From Octopus sinensis (Eukaryota), in NCBI RefSeq assembly GCF_006345805.1, contig NC_043001.1, positions 48,918,001 through 48,982,000 of the forward strand: a stretch of DNA of 64,000 nt. The letters run 5' to 3'. The position numbers were made by a program, and so were the translations under genes. Positions 51,309 to 64,000 of the stretch are shown piece after piece. Every line of letters begins with the position of its first letter. Positions within the stretch are counted from its first letter, which is position 1. A model generated the notes under the pieces. That model ran no database searches. It saw only the letters and a list, made by a program, of their open reading frames with translations, and was not told the DNA's origin.

Positions 51309-51585
51309 AAACCAATCTTATTCCATCTTGCAAAATGAATATCTCTTGAGGCCCTGGTTCTATGCTCCATTTATTTTGCTATATGTTCTGAGTTCAAATG
51401 CCACTGGTGTTGACTTTGCTTTTCATACTTTTGGAGTTGATAAAATAAGTACCAGTTGAGTACTGGGATGATTTAATTGACCTATCACTTTCCCCCCAAA
51501 TTGCTAGCCTTGTGCCAAAATTTAAAATCATTATCATTATTATTATCAGCTAGTTAATTTATATTGAATTATACATACATATACT

Positions 51586-52540
51586 CTTTTACTTGTCTTT
51601 TACAGTCATTGGACTGCAGCCATACTGGAGCACCACCTTTAGTTGAGCAAATCGACCCCAGGACTTATTCTTTAGAAGCCTAGTACTTATTCTATCGGTC
51701 TCTATTGCCGAACCGGTAAGTTACAGGGACGTAAACACACCACCATCAGTTGTCAAGCGATGCTGGCGGACAAACACAGACACACAAACATATACACACA
51801 TATATACGACAGGCTTCTTTCAGTTTCTGTCTACCAAATCCACTCACAAGGCTTTGGTCGACCCGAGGATATAGTAGAAGACACTTGCCTAGGGTGGCAC
51901 GCAGTGGGACTGAACCCGGAACCATGTGGTTGGTAAGCAAGCTACTTACCAAGCGCAGTAGTGGCTGTGTGGTAAGTAGCTTGCTTACCAACCAGTCCCA
52001 CTGCATGGCACCTTGGGCAAGTGTCTTCTATAGCCTCGGGCTGACCAAAGCCTTGTGAGTGGATTTGGCAGACGGAAACTGAAAGAAGCTTGTCGTATAT
52101 ATTATATGCTTTTTTTCCCACCTTGTTTCACATTTATGTGCTTACTCTGGTCTCTGGATCTTTCCTTCTCCTATGTTTCCGACGAAGAGCTCCGCCCGAA
52201 ACGTTAAACCCTCCTTCTTTCCTGAGCGTCCAATAATACTATATTTGTTCCACGTCCTCGCGTTGTTGTGTTTTTTTGTGCTTTCATGTTTGGATTAACT
52301 ATATATATATATGTATATATATGTGTGAGTGTCTATGTTTGTCCCCCTCCCCCACATCGCTTGACAACCGATGCTGGTGTGTTTACGTCCCCGTAAATTA
52401 GCGGTTCGACAAAAAGAGACAGATAGAATAAGTACTAGGCTCACAAAGAATAAGTCCTGGGATCAATTTGCTCGACTCAAGGCTGTGCTCCAGCATGGCC
52501 GCAGTCAAATGACTGAAACAAATAAAAGAATAAAGATATA
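51586..52540. mobile_element. Head-to-head pair of family A SINEs; right copy interrupted by a Penelope-type end (52100-52300)
   Basis: Minus copy 51586-51949, plus copy from 51950 resuming at about 52320. Confidence 0.8.
52171..52210 (+). ncRNA. Degenerate minimal hammerhead motif
   Basis: GTTT CCGACGA A GAGC TCC GCCC GAAAC GTT AAAC; same family as 16278-16320, with U4 to C and one helix II mismatch. Confidence 0.5.
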
Positions 52541-54037
52541 AGAGTCTGAACTTGTGATCCATCTGCCTCTTCCCCTTCGACATAAGTGTTTACAGTTGAC
52601 AGTATGTGCTTGTTTTCTAATTGGATAAAAAATTTTCACGGAAAATAACGAAGATAATGATTACTGTGAGACTCAAAAGGATTGATGTCTGCGTGTATAC
52701 GAAAAGAATAAAAGTTTTTTGTCAAAAATCTCAACAGATTTAGTTTTCTTCTTCTCTATAAAACTTTTGACCTCCGATGCTAGAAATAGCAGTCATCAAC
52801 CGGTATCAACCTAGTAACAAGCCCAGAGAAAAGTATGCAGATGACCACATAATCCCTTAACCTCCACCTTGGAAGTCTTTGATGCTTGTGCGGTAAAGAA
52901 TCATATTTTGGCAATCCTCCCAAAAGTTTAGTGGATACAAGAGTGAAAACGTACATTTCGTTTGATGTCAGCATAAAGTGAAAGAGAGAGAAAATGACAG
53001 GGACGTGTGTATTATATGTTGATGGTGGGGTGCGAGATAGAAAGTGTGTGTTGTGTGTGAAAGAGAGGGAGAAGGGGGAATAGCCCGCGGGGTTGACGAA
53101 TTTCATCTCGAGAATACGCGGTGCAGGGGCTACACATGTTCGATTAAGCGTATGTGTTAATGTTTGAATATATGCGTGTGCGCGCATTATATACACGCAT
53201 TTGTATAGAAAATAGTGTTGAAAACAAGTTGAACAGTCGCTGGCTTCTACTATGATTATCACTAAGTGACAATTTTTCTGCGCGCGTGTGTGTATATATA
53301 TCTATTTATATTGGCCTGCTCGCTTAGCCAGCAGGGTGGCGTCATATGAAGGCTAAAACAATGCGAAACGCATTGTGACCGGCGATGTGAACATCTGATA
53401 GCCTGGTCGGTCACGTAATATATATATATAGGTAGAGAGAGAGAGAGAGAGAGAGCATATGAAATAAATGAAAGTATCTGTTTATCTCTACGTCATTTCC
53501 AGTATAAGCGGAAAGAAAAAGTTGAAAATTTAGTTTCAGTTTGACACGACTTGTTAGTTTTCGATAATTCTCCATATCAGTTAACTTCCTGGTTTGAACT
53601 ATTCGAAAGAGCAGTGAAGAAAAAAAACAAATCGCGGATTTGGTAATATTGCGGACAGTTTTAATGGTCATGTTAACCATAACGATTAACATGTGTTATT
53701 TTGTCTTACGTTTTTTTGAGGTAGGAACGGTCAATTTTTTTTATCACTAGTTTTAAACTATTCCACCCCCTTTACATTCTGTAAACTTTATTCTCTCAGA
53801 TTTCATGACTAACTAGCCATCCTAGACTTCCACCGTCAACAAGATCAATACCCTCCCTCCCTCTCTCTCTCTCTATTTGTCTGTCTATCTGCCTGTCTGT
53901 TTGCCTATCAATCTAGGCGCACTTACATAATTGTACTCTGCTGAGTTTGTTTCCTCATAACTTTCTGAAAAGTGGATATTTCATAATGAATTTTTTTACA
54001 AATACCCCTTTCAGTAACCATTGAACTTAATAAACTG

Positions 54038-54177
<140 letters not shown>

Positions 54178-55328
54178 AATATATATATTTACATCGTTGT
54201 GGTATGACACACTTTCACTTCATGTTCACAGAGTGATAGTAAAGTTAGTCAGCAATAATTGATGACATGAACGTGAAGGTTACTTGTTAGCATAGATAGA
54301 TGAAACACAGACCCCCTAGTTATATACTATCTTCTAGTGATAACATGAACATTTTGAAGTAGTTACTAAAGTACATCGTTGCAGGGTAGTAGTATTGTTG
54401 TATGCCCAACAACAAACACCAGTGAAAAGCCACAAGGACCTGTTTGATATCCGACGGGTAGGTTTCTTATGTTAGTTTAGGCCACATATACATGATCCTT
54501 TGTCTCTGGATATGGTCTGTTAAAATACTTCAGATACCATCTGAAGAGCAAGATGGATTTGGAGAAGAGGAACCTGACACAGAAAAAGTATGTGAATCGA
54601 TGGAAGGATGTGATAAAAAAGGTGGGTGTGAGTAACCCTGCTTAGTCATCATGAAAGGAGAAAATAGTCTCTGGGCTATTAGGCTGTCGGGTAACAACCT
54701 ATACTGTGATATACTTATCCGGCCAAAATTATTATTTTAAAAAAAAAGGAGAAAAGTAAAGTCTAGTATTATTATAATTAATAATCAACATCTGTAAATA
54801 TCAAACGAACTACATAACTTTTTTGTAATTATGTTTTGTACTGTAATGTCCTATCTCTGTAACGATTTTTATAATCATAATAAAGATTTTATACAGTTAT
54901 GAAGTTGTAAACCATATATAACTTTTGTTGATCAAAACGCGAGAGGAGACTATCGAAGAGTGATGAACGCTCAACAAGAAGAAACTCCGATGACAATGCA
55001 GAATGAACTGATGCATAGTTTGGCAATTTGGCAATGTTTCGTTTGTCGTAGCACACGTTTCCGTCGATTTCCTCCGTCGATTTCCGTAAAAAACTTTTAT
55101 ATTTTTACATATGGCTTTGCGGGAATATTTGAAGTAATGAGAGCGAAAGAGACTAAGAGGAAGCGATTTTATGACGAGGGAATTTCTTTTTGAAGTCCCC
55201 GTGTGTGTGTTTGATGGGGTGTGGGAGACAGACAGTATGTTGTGTAAGTGAAGTGCTTCTGTTAGTGTGTGCGAAGAGACAGAGAGAGTAATGAGTGAAA
55301 GAGAGAGATAACTGAAATTTTTTACTCG

Positions 55329-55399
<71 letters not shown>

Positions 55400-55804
55400 T
55401 GTATGTATGTCCGATTCAGTGTTTACATTTTTTACGGAAATCGACAATCGACGGAAACGTGTGCCCATAGTTTTTGTGCTATATAATCCATTTTACTTTC
55501 ACTTTTTTAGAATATTAAACTGCATTTCTAGATAAGTCCGTATTCATCATCATCATCATTTAACGTCTATTTTCCATGCCGGCTCATGTTGGACTGTTTG
55601 ACTTGTGCTGGGAAGCTGCACTATATTCCATTCTATTGTAAACTGATTTCTACAAACACTTTACAGTTTGTGCTAGCTGCTTTTAGCATGCCACCGACAC
55701 AAATGCTTTTACATGGCACCAGCAGGGAATTCTTTTTATGTGGCACCGGCAATTCAAATCTCCATAGGTTTTCATACATCAAAGAAAATCGTGCATCTTT
55801 CCAT

Positions 55805-56008
55805 TACTCTTTACTCTTTTACTTGTTTCAGTCATTTGACTGCGGCCATGCTGGAGCACTGCCTTTAATCGAGCAACTCGACCCCGGGATTTATTCTTTT
55901 GTAAGCCCAGTACTTATTCTATCGGTCTCTTTTGCCGAACGGGGACAGAAACACACCAGCATCGGTTGTCAAGCAATGCTAGGGGGACAAACACACAAAC
56001 ACACACGC

Positions 56009-56039
<31 letters not shown>

Positions 56040-56197
56040 TACAACGGGCTTCTTTCAGTTTACGTCTACCAAATCCATTCACAAGGCATTGGTTGGCCCG
56101 AGGCTATAGCAGAAAACACTTGCCCAAGGTGCCACGCAGTGGTACTGAACCCGGAACCATGTGGTTGGTAAGCAAGCTACTTACCACACAGCCACTC
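55805..56197 (-). mobile_element. SINE family A with small internal deletion
   Basis: Same tail, CORE and head motifs. Confidence 0.85.
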
Positions 56198-56620
56198 CAA
56201 AAGATTGCGTTTATGTTCCACCACTACTCACTAACTTCGATGACCTTAAACATCGAATAGCAACAGCAATCAACTCAGTGGATTGTGATATGCTAATACG
56301 TGTCTGGGAGGAATTCTCTTACTACTGGTGCCAATGGGGTGGTGTTCCATCTTGTTGAATAATGAAGTCGTGCAAATCTGCTTGCAGTAAAGTGAACAGC
56401 CAGTTTTGGAGCATATCGAGATAGGTTTGTCCTGTAAAGAAAAAGGGACCATACACCATGTCCTGAGACAGTGCAAAAGATGTTCACCTTAGGGGAATCT
56501 CTTTCATGGTCAACTGTTTCATGTGGGTTCTCTATTCCCCAAATACATGTCTAGGAGGAATTCTCTTATCACATTGATGTTGCCTGTGCTGCAGGTAGTG
56601 GTCACATTGAACACTTGTAA
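56196..56620. mobile_element. Rearranged Tc1/mariner transposase remnant
   Basis: Plus: KDCVYVPPL...DLKHRIATAINSV...RVWEEFSY and [21 protein letters not shown]; minus: VYGPFFFTGQTYLDMLQNWLF...FIIQQDGTPPHW. Confidence 0.8.
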
Positions 56621-56734
56621 GACAGGAAATAAAAGTTGAGTGTGAGTAAATACTTGAGACTTGGCTGGAGTTTTCTGTTGCTTTCTTATTAAAATATTGG
56701 ATAATGAAAATCAGTTCATTCTTTTTGAATAACC

Positions 56735-57889
<1,155 letters not shown>

Positions 57890-57900
57890 TATATATATAT

Positions 57901-60007
<2,107 letters not shown>

Positions 60008-60730
60008 CAGGGTTCACCACCACCCCCTGCTGGAGCCTCGTGGAGCTTTAGGTGTTTTCGCTCAATAAACACTCACAATGCCCGGTCTGGAATCAAAACC
60101 GCAATCCTATGATGGCGAGTCCACTGTCCTAACCACTGGGCCATTGCGCCTCCACACACACACACATATATATATGTATATATATATATATATGTGTATG
60201 TATATATGTGTATGTGTGTGTGTGTGTGTGTGGAGGCGCAATGGCCCAGTGGTTAGGGCAGTGGACTCGCCGTCATAGGATTGCGGTTTCGATTCCCAGA
60301 CCGGGCATTGTGAGTGTTTATTGACCGAAAACACCTAAAGCTCCACGAGGCTCCAGCAGGGGGGGGGGGTGAACCCTGCTGTACACCACAACAATCTCTC
60401 ACTTTTTCTTCCTGTTTCTGCTGTACCTGTATTTCAAAGGGCCAGCCTTGTCACACTCTGTGACATGCTGAATTTCCCCGAGAACTACGTTAAAGGTATA
60501 CATGTCTGTGGAGTGCTCAGCCGCTTGCACGTTAATAAATGAGCTGTGACGTCACTGATGCCAAGCTGTATCAGCCTTTGCCTTTCCCTTGGATAACATC
60601 AGTGGCGTGGAGAGGGGAGGCTGGTATGCGTGGGTGACTGCGGGTCTTCCATAAACAACCTTGCCCAGACTTGTGCCTCGGAGGTAATCTTCTAGGTGTA
60701 ATCCCATGGTCATTCATGACCGAAGGGGGT
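60008..60730. mobile_element. tRNA-derived SINE (family C, + strand from 60232) with an inverted duplicate of its first ~146 bp at 60008-60153
   Basis: A box TGGCCCAGTGG, B box GGTTTCGATTCC; arms separated by a (CA/TA/TG) microsatellite. Confidence 0.8.
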
Positions 60731-61436
60731 CACAACACAACAACACACACACACACACATATACATACATACATATATATATTTATTTTATTTTTGTAGT
60801 TTCAGCTCAGAGCTGTGGCCATGCTGGAACACACACGCATACACACACATATATATATGTTTATGTGTGTGTGTGCGTGCGTTTCTTAACTTTCAGAAAA
60901 ATGGATACTTTTTAATGAAATTTTATACAAAAACGTTTCAAATGGTTTTGATTTTGATTTTTCGCTACTCAGGAGAGCAGTTTTGGAAGATTCAAATGAT
61001 TCAGCTTTGATGGGAGTGAAAAAAGGTTTGCACAATAAATTCCAATATAGTTGGAATCTACACCATTAGAAGCACATTTGTAGAAAATTGTATTGGAAAA
61101 TATCCATTTTCCCTAAAGGTATCAAGAAACAAATTTGGTGGAGTGCTCTTGTGTAGGTATGCCCTATTTGTAAAAGGCATTCCGGTGAAATAGGCAGTAC
61201 GCGGTTTGCTAGAAATAGGAGCCAGTACAACACTAACTCAGATACTTCCATTCTGTTTTTGGAAAATAAGTGCACAGTTATCTGCAGAATAGTCAAATTA
61301 ATTGAAATGACACAAAAAAACTTGAAATATTATCAATTTTATTTAGTATTTTCAGTGGTCAATATACAAACAAACTTTGCTTTTTATAAGGATACACCCT
61401 CCCCCCTACACACACACTTTCTTTCAGGTACATGAC

Positions 61437-64000
61437 ACTACTGTCTTTTCAGGTACATGATGCTGCTGTTCCCCATGCCAAAGTCTCACAAGCCCACACC
61501 TCCCACACCCTCAGGGTTGGCACACTTAATGTCAGCACTCTGAAAGGTAGGTCTGATGAGATTGTTGAGATGCTTGAATGGAGACGTGTAGATTTGTGCT
61601 GCATCCAAGAAGTAAGGTGGAGAGGAAGTTCAGCTAGGTTCCTCACAGGCAAAGAGCATAGGTATAAGATTTTCTGGGCAGGGAACATTGACAGGGTTGA
61701 GGACATGGGTATACTTCTTGCGGAGAAATGGGATAATAAAGTAATTGAGGTAATCAGAGTCTGTGATAGAATACTTAAGATTAGATTAGTGCTGCAACAT
61801 GGGTTAGCAACCATTATCTTGGCCTATGCCCCTCAGCCTCTTGCAGACTACCTCATCGACAAATGACAGGGACCTTCACTTTGTGGCTGGCGACTTCAAT
61901 AGGCATGTTGGACAACATGCAGGGGACTTCCATGGTGTACATGGAAGATATGGTGTTGGCTCCCGCACTGAGGAGGGAACCAGGCTGCTGGAGTTCTGTG
62001 ATGCAAATGATCTTATGGTTTGTAATACTAACTTCAGGAAACCTGCCAGTCACCTATTCACTTACCTATCTGGTGGACACACTAGTCAAGTTGACAACAT
62101 CCTTGCCAGGTAATGGGAAAGATGGCTACGTATAAATGCCAAAACCTTCCCAGGTGAAGAATGCACCCCACAACATAGATTAGTAGTTAGCAACTTCAGG
62201 ATCAGGGCTAAATGGATGCCCAGAAGACGACCAGCATGGAGAAGAAGGGTTTGGAATCTTAAGGATCCTGCAAATGAACGGATTTAGAGATGTATTACTT
62301 GAAGCTTTTGACGAAATAGAGGCGGATATAACATCACATGATGTGGAAGACAACTGGAGGTTTCTACGGGACAACCTGTTGAGGGCTACTGACCAGATCT
62401 GTAGATGGTACAAAATTCCCTTTTTATCCAAGGTAACATGGTGGTGGAACAACGTAGTTGACAGGGCCATCAGAGAAAAGAAAGAGGCATGGAAGGACTG
62501 GAAGAATGGTGGTAGCAGGGAATTGTATCAGACTGACAGAAGGGAAGCTAGGAGACTGGTTTATTTAGCCAGTGGGGAAGCAGATAAAAAATTTGCCAAT
62601 GTTCTGCATCATGAGAGCCAAAGACTTGAGGTGTTTCGTGTTGCAAGACAGTGTGTGAGAGAGAATCGTGATGTCATAAGAGAGAAATGTGTCTGCATGG
62701 ATGACGGCTCACTTGCATTTAATGAGGCTGCAAGGAGAGAGACTTGGAGAGTGCACTATGAAAGGTTGCTACATGAAGAGAATGAATGGAAGAAGGAGAA
62801 TCTGCTGAATGTCAACCCAACAGAGGGACCAGCTATTCAAATTGACAGTACCTTGGTAGATAAAGCAATTAAGAGTATGAAGACAGGGAAAGCTCCTGGC
62901 CCATCAGGAATCACCGCAGGGATGCTTAAAATACCTGGCAGTGTCGGCTATAGTCTAGTCACCCATATAGTGAATCAGGTGATACATAAAGGAGTCATAC
63001 CCAATGACTGGTGTAGCAGCACCATAGTCAACTGCTACATAGGTAAAGGTGATGCATTAGATATGAATAATTACAGAGGTACCAAATTGTTGGATAAGGT
63101 AATGAAAGTCAAGGAGAGGGTCATAACTCAACTAATTAGGGAGAGAGTCAGTCTAGATGAGATGCAGTTTGGGTTTGTGCCAGGGAAAAGCACCACTGAT
63201 GCTATATTTCTGGTAAGACAGCTGCAGAAGAAATACCTAGCCAAAGATAAACCTCTGTACCTAGCTTTTGTTGACATGGAGAAAGCCTTTGGCAAGGTCC
63301 TCCCATCCCTTATATGGTGGTCAATGTAGAAACTAGGGATAGATGAATGGTTAGTGAGAGCTGTACAAGCCATGTACAGGGATGCTGTCAATAAGGTGAG
63401 GGTTGGCAATGAATACAGTGAAGAATACTGGGTAAAGGTAGGGATCCACCAAAGATCAGTCCTCAGCCCACTCTAATTCATCATAGTCCTCCAGGCAATA
63501 ACAGAGGAATTCAAGACAGGATGCCCCTGGGAGCTTCTCTATGCTGATGACCTTGCTCTAGTAACTGCATCACTATCAGAACTAGAGAAGTTTCAGGTGT
63601 GGAAGCAAGGTCTAGAATCAAAGAGCCTTAGGTTCAATCTAGCAAAAACCAAAGTCTTAAGGAGGAAGGCAGACAAACCACAAATCCCTTCAGGTAGCTG
63701 GCCCTGCTTGATCTGTAAAAAAGGCATAGATAGAAACTCCATAAGATGTACCCAGTGTAAGCTATGGACGCATAAGAGGTGCGGCAATATCAAAGGAAGG
63801 CTAACTGGGAAGATAGTTTTTGTGTGTGGCAGATGCTCAGGAGCAATAAACACTGAAAATGTGCAGAAAATAACTTCTGTCACATTCCAGTGGGAAAAGC
63901 TACGAGTAGTTGATAGCTTCTATTACCTAGGTGATCAAGTCAGTAGTTGGGGTGGATGCTCTGAAAGTATAGTTGCTAGAATAAAAATAGCCTGGGAAAA
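61437..64000 (+). mobile_element. Near full-length decayed RTE LINE (AP endonuclease plus RT), runs off window
   Basis: LRVGTLNV, DLCCIQEVRW, VAGDFN, HRLVV; [35 protein letters not shown]; several stops and frameshifts. Confidence 0.93.

Noticed and set aside
52780-53262. 160 aa minus-strand ORF in a CpG-richer stretch
   Set aside because: No recognisable motif, includes CA-repeat and repeat-derived sequence, and has no convincing donor; a first exon or promoter here cannot be excluded but is unsupported.
60973-61030. Exon-like AG...GT segment (RAVLEDSNDSALMGVKK)
   Set aside because: Lies within what looks like a DNA-transposon remnant (60880-61400) sharing blocks with the 15050/53470 repeat.
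61421-61460. Duplicated TTTCAGGTACATGA with acceptor-like context at the RTE 5' end
   Set aside because: A short duplication at a LINE 5' junction is common, and there is no evidence of splicing into the decayed ORF.

Overview
AT-rich, microsatellite-laden, intron-rich animal genomic DNA. The repeat complement (tRNA/CORE-like SINEs with internal microsatellites, RTE LINEs with (GAT)n tails, short Helitrons, Penelope-type ends) looks like an octopod cephalopod; this is inferred from pattern recognition, not from a search. One host gene is well supported: a + strand opioid-growth-factor-receptor (OGFr)-domain gene. Five GT-AG exons (24360-24444, 31360-31438, 35528-35594, 37831-37973, 43375-43558) splice in frame to 185 aa and a stop, with an AATAAA at 44232. 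Its N-terminus is unresolved, with candidate micro-exons at 125-150, 4546-4564 and 7665-7706. The rest is mostly decayed mobile DNA: four RTE LINEs plus 3'UTR fragments, two R4/Dong-like fragments, three Helitrons, Tc1/mariner remnants, TTAA-type MITEs and several SINE families. The most unusual item is a TSD-bounded composite at 47238-47702. It consists of a Pol III tRNA-like head, (AAT)n and a Penelope-type minimal hammerhead ribozyme tail, preceded by an inverted copy of the ribozyme/tail segment, and may be a Penelope-mobilised hammerhead SINE. Other notable items are further minimal hammerhead motifs (one intact, 16278-16320), a four-fold CRE-N10-CCAAT fixed-spacing array (18530-18797), the very compact OGFr C-terminus, and many local fold-back or tandem duplications, some possibly assembly artefacts. 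Most ORFs in the supplied track are microsatellite or repeat artefacts.
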